64,000 nucleotides of DNA from the human T2T-CHM13v2.0 reference genome, Homo sapiens, in assembly GCF_009914755.1 (NCBI RefSeq), contig NC_060934.1; one strand, written 5' to 3'. Both the position numbers and the translations under genes were made by a program. The notes under the pieces were generated by a model that was given only the letters and a program-made list of their open reading frames with translations, did not search any database and was not told the origin of the DNA. This document shows positions 44,351 to 57,870 of this stretch, in pieces. Every line of letters starts with the position of its first letter. Positions within the stretch are counted from its first letter, which is position 1.

Positions 44351-47300
44351 TAAGAGGTTCCTTGCTACTGCTGGACAGTGGCACATGCAGAAAGGCTGAA
44401 ACCATCATCTCTTGAAGTTTCCCAGAAAATTGTTTTTGTTCATCTCCTTAGCAGAAAAGATGTGCAAAGTTTTGCATTTGTAATCCATTTGGTGCTGGGT
44501 GACAAGTCATAACCTTAGTAGTGTGCTGTGTGGAAGCCAGCGGGGCAGCATAGAAGGGGGTCTCTGAGAAGTGTGACCAGCCTCCTGAATCACAGTGTTT
44601 AAGGATCTATGGAAAAGTAAGGCCCTGTTTGTCCTGACAGTGACCTCTAAGGAGCTTGGGTAGAGGAGGATACCAGTAGGTAGTGGCCACACTCATTGTC
44701 CAGTGGGTAGTGGTAACATGACTCCAGGAATTTGACTCAGTTTGATGCAGGCCCAAATTTGGGCCTCAGTCAACAACATTGGGCTGCAGACCTTGGACAG
44801 CTGGGCCTGGGGCCTCAAGAGGTATTAACATCAGAGCCAGGTCTGGGCCCCATCCAGCAGACCTCTGGACACTAAAAATAAGGGCAAACATCTTGACAAC
44901 TGAACCAGTCAAAGAGTAAGTGTAGCACAGTAAGCGCAGGGAGACTCAGGGCAGTCAGTGGTCCTAAATCTATTGGATGGAACAGGGCTCCATGTTCCAT
45001 TGGTTGGAACTGCACTGCCATGATTGACTTAGGGCTGAGACTCCGTAAGACTGGCCACAAAGAGACCAGGAGCACTTATTATTATTATTGTTTATTACTT
45101 AGTTCACATTCTAGGAATGCCCTGTGTGTAAGAAGCTTGGATATAAATAAGCATTAATAATTCTTGAAATCAGAATGGAAAGCATTTTATATGCATTACC
45201 TTTTAAAAAATTTCATAATAATCCTGTGGGGTGGATAGAACATGTATTGTTATTCCATTTCCTGAGGAAAAATCTGGAGCTCAAAGAGATGAAAATGCAC
45301 TATACAAGTGAGTTAGGGAACTTGGCTCTTCAGACTCTAAAGTCTAGGGCTGTAGAGGGATATGCTGAGTGTCAGTCTCTGCAGCTTCCAGTAAGTGCCA
45401 GGTGTTTGCATAACTCAGTCTTTGCATCTGTAGACTAGAGCAACCATGACCTAGAGGACTATCTCTGCCATAGCGGGGTGAAGTTGCACCTAGTTTTACA
45501 TGTCTCAGAAAACTCACTGATGCTCCTACAAGCTGCTAACAATCATTCAGGAAACATTTATTAAGCATTCACTGTACGCTAATAACTGATGTTGGGAATG
45601 CAAAAGTCTTCTTTGTCCACATGGTTTCTCGGCTCAATGGTCTCATGGTCCAGTGCAGGGAGGCCAAGTTTAATGCGTTCCTAATGTAGTAGAAGGCAGT
45701 GGGGGAGATGTGCCTTGGGAGGCATTCACCTTCTGCTAGGGTTCCTGGACCAGATGGATAATCTTGGGGGTAAAGGAGGTGAACTTCTGGGTCCCTTTTA
45801 ACCATGCCTAAGAAGTTCCCTTCTATTAGTGGGTGTTACTGACCCACTCTCAGGACAGCCTGTGGACTGAGTTCTTGTCTCCATATTCTCCCCTAAGCCC
45901 CCTGTGAACCTGTACGTGCTGCTGTGAGATACTAGGCTGGAGCTGGAAACACAGGAATCCGCCTTGTCTGTACCGATGTGGATATGAGGACTTGGAAGCG
46001 AGGTTAGGAACAGGAAATTAAAAGCATCCTTTTATTCAGGCATCCGCTTAAAGGCTAAAGCTACAATAAAAAGGCTTCAGAATGGGCCTCCCTAAATCTT
46101 CATTCATTAATAACGATTATGATCATTATTCTAACAACAATAATAATACTAAACTCTGATAATGATCTTTTTGCATTTACCCAGTTCATCACCTCATTTG
46201 ATCTTCACAACACTGTGAGATGGACATTATCATCTCCATATTGCAGATGAAGAAATCAACCCTTAAAAACTCGGTGGGCTTGCCCATGGTGGCTGGCAGG
46301 AGAATGATGGAGCAGACTTCTCATTCTAGAGCTCTTCTCCTTTGCCTCTGTCATCATCTTCCCTTTGAACCCAGTCCTCTAAAACAGCTGCTTAAAAAAC
46401 AATAATGAAGAACAAAGAACTGACAATGAATAGACTGTCAGAAGACACCTTTGTTCTGCCTTCCCTCCCCTATGGTGCTCTGGGAACTTTTGACATGCTG
46501 GGCCTCCTTGATTTATACCAGTGAATCTGTTGAATGAGATTTCCAGTTGTAATAGTAATTTTTCTATTATAATAATGGTGATTATTATTAATTATAATGC
46601 TATTTTTATTAAAGCACAGGCCATATGTCAGCAATAGAAAAGCATTTGATTTTTCTTGTATAATCCTCACAACAATCCTATGGAGAACCTGTTATTATCT
46701 CCACTGTTACAATGAAGGATCTAAAGGTTATAGACATTTGAAACTTGCTTAAAACAAAATAGTTAATAAGGGGCAGAACCAGAGTTTGAAATTAGGTCTG
46801 TCTGTTTCTAAAGCCCATGCTTTTAACCCCAAAACCTAATTTCCTCCCACACTGATGCTAGGTTTGCAGAATCTGGACTCCGCCTCCATACCCAGAATGT
46901 GTCACGAACACTAAGAAGTAAAGGACATGCTGAATCTTCTCCCTTCAGTTTCCCTCTTGCCTTTGCTTCTCTGCAGGTTGCTGGTTGGGTGTTGTATGCC
47001 TGGGACCCATTTTAAGTCTGTGCTGTCTAAGATATGAGTGGTGTATTAAAAGTGAAGACACGTTGTTTGCTTCACGGGCATTAATCAATGGCAAATTAGA
47101 ATGCAATTGATATATGCATAAGACATGCACATTAATTCCAAATGTGTTTATCGTAATTAGTGCTGTTACAAAGAATACCAAAGGAATCAGGGAATGATTA
47201 GCTACACTTAGTATTTGTTATGGTTTGTTTAAAAAAGTTAAACATAACAATTAGTTGAGGTTTGAGGAGCGATGTTCCATTTGCATGGTGAACGTGGCTA

Positions 47301-47584
47301 CAAGCCTTGGGTCTTTGCGAGTTTGAAGGTTTGAAGGGGGTTTCCTACTCAAGATTTTACCAAAAAAACTGAGTTAATGAGGCTATCATCCTCAATTAAT
47401 GCTGTGGTTTTCCTTTCTTAATCATTTGTATCTTACAGCTGTTTTCTACTGTCACATCTACATCAAAAAGCCTATCAATTGAGAAAGATGAACAGAGGGG
47501 ATAGAAAAGTAGACCAAAACATCTAAAAGGATCTATTAGTATATACTTATATAGAAGTATACTTTTGAAGAAACTAGCAAGTTA

Positions 47585-48182
47585 TGGCTGACATACAAAA
47601 AGCGGTACATATTTTAAGTATGTGAAATATTTAATGACAAGTTAGGAAATAGTGTACACCCTTGAAACCATCACCATAATCTATGCTATAAACCTATCCA
47701 GCACCTCCGAAAGTTTCCTCCTGCCCTTTTTATTAGTTATTATTATTTTGTAATGAGAACTCTTAACACAAGATCTGCCCTCTTAGCAGATGTTTAAGTA
47801 TATAATAGAGAATTGTTGACCACAGGCACTATGCTGCGCTGTCCATCTCTAGGATTTATTCATCTTATATCACTGAAACGTTGTATCCTTTGACTGATAC
47901 CTCCCACTTGCCCCCTCATCCCAGCCCCCAGACACCAGCATTTCACTCTCTGCTTTTATAAGTTTGACTATTTTAGGTTCATTATATAAATGAGATCATG
48001 TAGTATTTGTCCTTCTGTGTCTGGCTTATTTCACTCAGCATAATGTCCTCCAGGTTCTTGTATGTTGTCACAAATGGCAGGGTTTCCTCTTTTTTAGGGC
48101 TGAATAATACTCCATTGGATGCATATACCACATTTTCTTTATCCATTCAGCCATGGGTGGACACTTAGGTTGCATCCATATC
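47585..48182 (-). mobile_element. L1MB1/2-like 3' end
   Basis: TGACATACAAAAAGCGGTACATATTT...GAAACCATCACCATAATCTATGC...CTGGCTTATTTCACTCAGCATAATGTCCTCCAGG. Confidence 0.8.
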
Positions 48183-48244
48183 AAAAGGATAAGTACATAC
48201 TTATTTGGGGGAAGAAATTATGACCCAATTTATTTTGAAGGTGG

Positions 48245-48987
<743 letters not shown>

Positions 48988-49999
48988 AAGGATCAGTATA
49001 TACTTTTAAAGGACATATGCTGCATTAGCCAGGGGTAGGATATTCATATGTATTGACATTGACTATGTCCTGGCATCTAATTTATGTGATCTTCATTTAA
49101 TCTTCAGAATGACTATGAGAAACAAGTATTAAAATGAGAAGACTGAGGCTCAGAGAGGTTTATTTGCTCAGTTACACAACTACTGGGTTGAGGGCAGGGA
49201 TTCAACTCCAAGTCTGTGTGAATTCACGTTCATGCTTGCTCTACTAAGGGTGGCTCACTTCCTTCAAGTGGCTGAATGCCTAGACTAATGATGCCAATTC
49301 CAGAGAACGTTGGTCCATTGTTCTGTGGTCAGTCTGAACCTCCCCCATCTGGCTGGTCACCTCCAGGATGGATGGAAAATAACATGGTTTAGCACAAACC
49401 CAACTCTGCTGATGAACCAGCTGCTCAAAGTGTTTGTCCTACCATGATTTCTGTTTTTTGAGGATGGGCTTCTAGGGAAGTAATCAGTCACATTAAGGAG
49501 TCCATTCAACAAACATTTGTTGAGCATATTGGGAATGCTGAACAACATGGGTAGAATGAGGGTCTATCCATGTTGAGAATGCTTCTCAGCTCTAGTGAGG
49601 TAGATGAACAGTACAGTCACCCACATGAATTCTTATAATTAAAGGGGAGTGGATAGACATACTGATACTTCCAATACGCTGAGAAATCTATGACAGATGC
49701 ATGGAGTTCCTGGAGAGTTAATGAGAGGCTAATCTAACCTGTAGATTGCAAGGAGGCAAGAAATGCTTCCCATATGTGGTGTATAGGTTGAATTTTGATT
49801 ATCGAATGCCTGCTTGATACTGTGCTATGCTCTGTGCATTATCCTATAACTCTGGGGAGTCATGTTCTTTAAGAGAGACACTGCTCGGACCATTCTCAGC
49901 ACCTAGCACAGTTCCTGGCATGTAGGAGGCATCAGTAGAAAATATGTAACAACTCCTGGAAGGCAGTCTCCTGCCTCTGCCTTAGCACTTCCACACTGA

Positions 50000-50240
50000 G
50001 CATGTCAGCTGGAACAGGAGACCAGCTGTGCACCTTGAACAGCACTGGGTTTAAAGCCTGGATCTAACCCCTTGCTAGCCATGAAACCTTGGGAAAGTTC
50101 TTCCTTTATTCCCTGAGTTTCTTCATCTTTAAGTGGGAATAATAGTAGCCCAACATGACATGGTTGTTGTGAGGATTAAATGAGTTAATGCGTGTAAATG
50201 CCCTTAGAGCAGTAGCTAGCATGTAGTAAGCACAATAACC
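50000..50240 (+). mobile_element. MIR
   Basis: CTGGGTTTAAAGCCTGG...GGTTGTTGTGAGGATTAAATGAGTTAATGCGTGTAAA. Confidence 0.75.
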
Positions 50241-50722
50241 AATATTGGCTAAGTTTGTCATGAGGTCTCAATGAATCTTCTCAGAAAAGTCTCTGTTTTG
50301 GCAAATTCTGGCTTTCCTCTGATGTCATGTGGTCTGAATCTAAAATCCATTCTCTTTTTATAGATCTGGATGATATATTTTGATGGCATGATTCTATAAT
50401 CTCTTTCTTAGAGAACTTTACTGAGTCCCGTTCAGTTTGTTCTAGCAAATAATAAACTATTAGATCTTATTTTGGTTATTTATATCAGCCACAGCAGTTG
50501 TAGCAATGGACAGAACCAGCCCGATAAAATCAGTATTATTGTTTTCCATTATTATCAGTATATCAGTTCAGTTTATTTTCCTTTCTTTTAAAATTAAAAG
50601 CAATGGGAACCGTCTGGAATCCACTTAAGGAAGAAAAGAAAATTTAATGGAAAGATACTGTAGGTATTTCAGGAAAAAACTGAGCCTCAAAATGGTAGGG
50701 ATCAGGAAAAATCCAGGCCTCA

Positions 50723-51211
<489 letters not shown>

Positions 51212-51397
51212 TCACCACTCCATGGGGGGCAGGCAATTCCAAGGGAAGGGGCTTTTGGGTAACCTGCTTCATGTCTACTGCAGTTAATTTTTGTGTAGCA
51301 TGGAGAGTTGTGATTTTACTTCTTGTTTTCCAACTCTGAGGATTAATCAAGTGTGGTTACTGAGCAGTGACCATGTACCTTGTTCTGTGCAAAGTAT

Positions 51398-51400
<3 letters not shown>

Positions 51401-51442
<42 letters not shown>
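51401..51442. repeat. (GT)21 microsatellite
   Basis: Pure run. Confidence 0.95.
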
Positions 51443-51445
<3 letters not shown>

Positions 51446-52399
51446 GGTTACAACGAAGCAATTTGAAGGATCTTGTCCTTAGAAGTGCAAGCCCAGAACC
51501 AGACCAAGGAATGCTTTATCACTTTGAACATGATTGTGACTTCTGCATCAGCTGTTTTCCTAGTTCCTTTTCTTTTTAAATCTTTATGTCTTCTTCATAT
51601 TTCATGCTTCTTAAAAATTGGGGCATCTTTGGCTCAAGTGTTCAATATAAAGGGTGGATTTTAAAGGGAAGCATGTAAAATACTATCAAGTTTAGTGCGT
51701 TCTTATTGTATGTCAATAACTGTACAAATTCATTATTTTCTCATTGAATATTCCCAGCCCCCTCAGCAGAGGCACTAGGATAATCCATATCCCACAAATG
51801 AGGGAGATGGGCCTTGAAAAGAGGAGGTAACTTCCTCAAGGTTACACCACTAGTATGAACTGAACAAAAGCTTCTGAATTCAACTTTGCTGACTCCAAAG
51901 CCAGTGCAATGGACAGGGCCAGTCATGTCACTTTTCATTTTGTTTAGTAAATTATTTTTCATATTTTGCATACATTTCATATTTTTCATTTTATTTATTT
52001 GATTTCCTCATGGAAAGATTTTTATTTTTTAAAGCCGTGATCTCACTGGTATTTCCTGAGTCTGTACTATTTAATTATATAATAGATTCCTTGCAAAAAC
52101 AATGAAAATGAGCATTATTCTTTGAAAACCAACAAATGATAAAAATTAAATTATTAAATGGCTATATAACTAATTTTTTGATCAGCATCAGACACATTTT
52201 AAAAGCAATTTGTTTGAAAACATGTGCAAAGACAAGGTGTGTGCAGTATCAGTTAGTGGGTAGTACTAACTTATATTACATACTATGATGTTTGCCATGA
52301 TCCTGGAATGGTGGGCTTGAAAATGACCCAGGGAAAGATTATAGAAGGGGCTACTAAGATAATGAAGAGGAGGTGATGATCACTGGGACTGCAATGAGG

Positions 52400-53520
52400 G
52401 CTTGGTGCAAGCAATTCATGCTAGCATAAATCTTACTGCTTTCGTAAGGGTCACAGACTTATTAGGTAGAAAAAAAAATAAGCAGAATGGACCTCGGCAA
52501 CATATCTGAACAACTTCCTTGTGGTATCTTTGTGGCCAATATGGAATGTATTTGTATGTAAGGAAAACTGATGGGTTAATAATTGGCCAAATGATTATAC
52601 TCAAAGTATACTGACCAGTGGTTGAAAGTTAACCTGAAGATAGTGTCCCAAGTAGCCAACTTTAGGGCCCTGTCCTTGGTCCTGCCCTCCAGTCTACCTA
52701 AGAGATGCAGGCTTCACTTTTCTCAGGTTGGTGAAGATACTGATGGCAAATTGTACCCAGTGCACAAATAATACGAAGACAGGATGGGACAGTGAATACT
52801 AAGACAGAAACAGGATATAAAATGATATTTATAGACTAGAGATCTGGGCCAAGTCTAACAGAACAAAATGTAGCAGGGATAAATGTAAAGTTCTACAAAT
52901 CCCAAAATTAAACTGCACAAAATAGGATGAGGTAGATGTTTCAGAGAATTAGTAGCATGAGTAAAATATTAAATAGCTTGGGAACCAGTAAGCTCAAGGT
53001 TCACTATGAGTCAATTCTGTGATACAATAAGCAAAAAAACTCACAAAGCCTTAATCTATTTTAATAGACCTATATTCTAGAATGAGAATGGGGATAATTT
53101 CTTGGAACTATGCATTTCTTAGTTTGGAATATCGTGTCTATAATATTTTAATTTAGAATAATTTTTCTGCCTTGGTGGGTACATAATGAGATATGGACAA
53201 ATTGGAAGACATACAAGAGAGGGAGAAGCACACAGCAAGAAAGAGAGGGCAAAAAAGAGACATTATAGCAGCCTTTAGATGCAGGAAGGGGTGTCAAGTA
53301 CAGGAGATATTAGTATTGTTTAATGCAGTATGAGATTGTGGAATTGGTGCTAATCTGTAGCAGCCACAGAGAGATAAATTTGGGGTCAAAATAAGGAATA
53401 CATTTCTAATAGGAATGCCTGGTTATAAGTTTTCCTGGGAGGTACTGGACTCTCTCTTATGGGAGATTAAAAATCCTGGGTTGGAATGTAATGTAGGATT
53501 GGTCTCAAATGGCATTACTA
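52400..53520 (+). mobile_element. CR1/L3-like LINE remnant
   Basis: GGGCCCTGTCCTTGGTCCTG (QGSVLGP-like), GATCTGGGCCAAGTCTAACAGAA, CAGGGATAAATGTAAAGTTCTAC (KCKVL-like). Confidence 0.65.
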
Positions 53521-54096
53521 CAGATTATAGGTGTGTCCTGAAATGGGGATACTCTAAACATTTTGAGCAGATGAGTGACAGGATTCTGACCATCCTGCAA
53601 GAGATGGGCCAGCCTGAAGTCAGGGAGACTAGTTAGGAGGCAATTGCTCTCATCCAGATGAAACAAAACTTGATTGGAGGTAAGGGTTAAGTAGACACTG
53701 GAGAGTTTAGGATAGGTCCATTGCTCCAAAGCCCTTGCAAGGCACGGTGAGTGAATGAGAGATAGCTAAAGCTTGCTGTGCATCTGGGGCAATCATTTAA
53801 TGTCTGGGGTCTGTATTCACTCAGCTGTGAAATGAGAGGCTAAAATCAGGATCCCTTTCATTCATGACATTCTGTGATGAAAACAAGCTATAATAATCCC
53901 ATCGCAGGGAAGGTGCATTTATAGCTCTGTGTCTGCTCACTTAAGTAGTCTGATATGAGGAGGGAAATGGAGGTGGCTCCTACCCAGAGATACTCTCCCA
54001 CAATGACCTTGTACTGTGGCTGGGATTTTGTCACTGGGGTTTTTATTCAATTAAGTTCTTATATGCTCACTTAAAAAATGTAAATGCTAATAGGAA

Positions 54097-54098
<2 letters not shown>

Positions 54099-54145
<47 letters not shown>
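54099..54145. repeat. (AT)n microsatellite
   Basis: Pure AT run of about 23 units. Confidence 0.95.
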
Positions 54146-54148
<3 letters not shown>

Positions 54149-54214
54149 GTTTAGCAGCAGGAATGAGGTTTTCTGATTAGTTTCCTTTAAAAGCTCTGTT
54201 AAGCACAGTCTTAA

Positions 54215-54511
<297 letters not shown>

Positions 54512-56409
54512 AAAGCATTATTTTTTTGTGATAAGGAAAAGAGAGAGATCATTTTGGAGCATGGGACACTGCTTGGATTGCAAAGCCAAGTAAGGTGCCA
54601 CAGTTGGCAAACTTGGCAAGGGAGGGGAATCACCACTGAGGGTAAGCCTTGCTTGTAAAAGAGTGGAAGGACTTCAAGGGCAAATTTAAGTCACTTCACA
54701 GTTTTACTGTGGGCTGGGCCAGCTCAGAGGCTGGACCACAGATATATTTAGCCTCCCTCTTCCATTTATTTGAGAAGACGATCTTAGGGATGTTAGGCGT
54801 GTCCCATTGTGATTGTTGTTATATCTGTGCAGTGATTAAAATATAACTTCCTTTCATCAGCGCTTGATTCCTTTAAATGGAATTCATTACTCTCATCTGA
54901 ACATTTTATGTTAAAAACAAAAGATCATAGAGCAGTCTGAGGAGGTATATAATAATTAAGTTACTGTTGAGGTTCTGATAGTTACTATCAACTTAAAATA
55001 GAGAGTTTAAGTATTTTCTATATATCCTAAATGCCTGTAGACAGATTTTTATCGTTGGTTATTCAACAACCTTGGAAAGGGTTTGTTGGAATTCATGGGG
55101 CTTTTGAAGAAAAACCAAACCAAGCCAAGCCAACCAACCAACCAACCAAACAAACAAATGAACAAATGGACAAACAAACTTTCATGGAAACTGGGACTTT
55201 GGCTTCAAAAGTAATTTTGAACTAAACTCTTCTAGTAATTTATCACTGAAGTAGGAGTATGTTCACTCTATTGACTGACCTTTTAATTAAATGTTGTACC
55301 TGGCTAGCTATATTTTAAGAATTTGGCATTGACTTTGGACAACCATGGGTAATCTATCCAAATGAGATTTACTTGGGTCTTCCCCACAGAAGAAGGTTTA
55401 GGGCACCTTCTAATTTGTTAAATTATGAGTAAGGAATCCATTTGATGGGTGGAACCAGGGCCACCTTCACTGTTTGAGAAAGGTTAAGTGATATTTACCA
55501 GCACATTTTCTTGAATGTTCGTGTCAAGAAATATAAAAGGAAAAGTGATCTACATTCATGTAGAATGATTGGGCCAGGTTATGTCAAGAGGAGAATGAAT
55601 GCACTAAAGACCCGAATGAAAGTTTCCCTTAAGGCTGGATTCTGAAAGATGCACTGAATATAAAATGTTTGAATAAAGGAAGAACAGGAAGAGTGTTAAG
55701 TATTTACTGCTAGCAACACTTAGCTTTTAATCAAGAGCTCTTTTCCTAATACTATACGAATGATTAACTTTGATAATAGAAGTGTAAGGATCCTAATTTG
55801 TGACTTTGTTGATGGTTTTTCCCTCCTTTCTAAACGTAGTTTTAAAATACACTAACTTTCATTACCTTATAGTAGGCTTTTTCAAAGGACTTCCTTATCC
55901 TCAATCTTATTTACTAGTGTGACATTGTCCTTGGGGTTTATGTTATGGCACCATGTTATGAATGAGGCAGCATTATTGTGACATTCTTCAGAGATCAATG
56001 ACCAAAAAGTCCAAGGCTGACCTATAGCTACAAGAATTTTGGGCTATCATTATGCTGACCATATTTTCAGAAGCCTCAAATGTACTATTTATTTTCCTAG
56101 TTGAGAATGTATATATCTGGAAGGTTTAAATCATAGTTACATCCTGTAAAGAGTCTTAATTTGGTAGACCTAATATAATTTAGTGAAATTTGCACTGGGC
56201 CAGGCAGTCTGAGAGGTAGAGTTCAGGGGCCCTATTTGGGCTGGTCTAGTTACTAAAATTCTGCTATGTGCTAGGCACTGCGCTACTAATTTTGTGAATG
56301 TTTGGTGCTTAAATCAAGGTTAAGCAGCTTACCCGTTTGTGATAAGTGACAGGGCTGGGATTTTATCCCAGGCCTGCCTGTGTCAAAAGCACATGCTGTT
56401 TCCATCACA

Positions 56410-56585
56410 CTGAGTTTCTCTGCTCTCTACCAGTTTGTCATATGGGTCTGCTACATCAAAATCATCCGGGGCCCCTGTTAAACATCAGATTGTCAGACCC
56501 CACGCAGGGCCTCCAGAATCTCTCCAGCTGTAGCTAGCCAGCTCTCCAGGTGATTGGATTGTATGGCCAGGTTTGGGAATCATGG
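56410..56585. mobile_element. MER5A-like hAT fragment
   Basis: ACATCAAAATCATCCGGGG...GTTAAACATCAGATTGTCAGACCCCAC...CTCTCCAGGTGATT...TTTGGGAATCA. Confidence 0.5.
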
Positions 56586-57384
56586 GCACCTTTGAGCATC
56601 ATTGCTTGCCCTTATACTGTAACCTTTAGAGGGCAACACTTTTGCTGCATACCTATAGGTATGGCAGATGTTAGACACAAAGTCCAGAATAGGGGGGGTA
56701 AAACTTTACCCCCCTGGCGTTTTTGGTTTTAGGTGCTATTAAGGGAGAAGTTGAGAGAGACATACATTGAAAGATAGATAAGCTTCCCTGAGACTTGGAG
56801 TTGAGAGCAGTGTTTGGGCTTGGGGCCTTGCTTCCTGTTCTAGGACATGGAAATTTACTTAGGAAATGATTCTCATCAAGCTTGTTTGTAACTTGGGATA
56901 TTCATCAATAAATGAAAGCTGATTATAGAAATCAGTCCCTGCTGGGGCCCTGCTAGGCTACGCCCTGACCTCTGTGCCCATATATTGACATCTTGTTTAC
57001 TTGCATCTATAAAGATTTATTCCAGTCATTAGAGGATGGCAATTTGAACCCTAGAATTACACCCTATTCCTGCCAGCTGATTTATGTGTTTTCTCCTTTT
57101 CACCAAGCACAGAAATAATCCAGATGGAGTCAGGGTGGGTTGGAGGGGGATGCCAAAGAAGAAATTAAATTAGAAAAGGTGCAATTGAAATAACCCAGCT
57201 AATCTTAGCAGAGCTCTGTGGCTAATGCATTACCGGTGAATTCCTTCTGGTCGACTGAAAATAGTATTAATAGTGTATAAATATATGTGTGTTAGTTTGT
57301 AATAGGGAGGAGAGGAGGCAGGCAGAGGATAGATTTTGTTTGGAATTATTGACTAACAGTTGAAACCTGACCAATGATTTGGTA

Positions 57385-57870
57385 CATTCATTCATTCCTT
57401 TATTCAATGATTCATACAGCTGTTCTGCAAGGAGATATTCATTCATTCAATCATTCATACATTCATTCCACAAAAACATATTCAGTCACTCATTCATACA
57501 TTCATTTTGCAGGGAGATATAACTGAGCACTCACTATGTACCTGGGACTTATCCATATGTGAATTTTCTTGAGAAGAGAACTTGGGACTTAACATTAAGG
57601 AATTTAAAATTTAGATCAGTAATAAGATTGCATGAGAGTTGAATAAGGACATAAGAATTGAACAGGAAATATCATAAGAGACAAACTAAGTGTTGCAGAA
57701 TGAAAGTGGCAGAGTAGTTAAGGAAAACCTAGATGAAAAGAATAATCCTGAAGAATTTAGGATTCAATTTGATACTTGAGTTTCTAAGATGGGATAGATT
57801 TACATAGGAGTGAGGACATTCCAGGTGGGGAGAATGGTGTGAGCAAAAACCTAGAAGCAGAGGTATGCTG
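57385..57870 (-). mobile_element. L2 3' end with expanded (ATTC)n-like tail
   Basis: Repeated CATTCATTCA, then ACTGAGCACTCACTATGTACCTGGG. Confidence 0.6.

Noticed and set aside
57385-57510. Spaced CATTCATTCA repeats resembling an array
   Set aside because: Degenerate L2 tail microsatellite; irregular spacing, not CRISPR-like.
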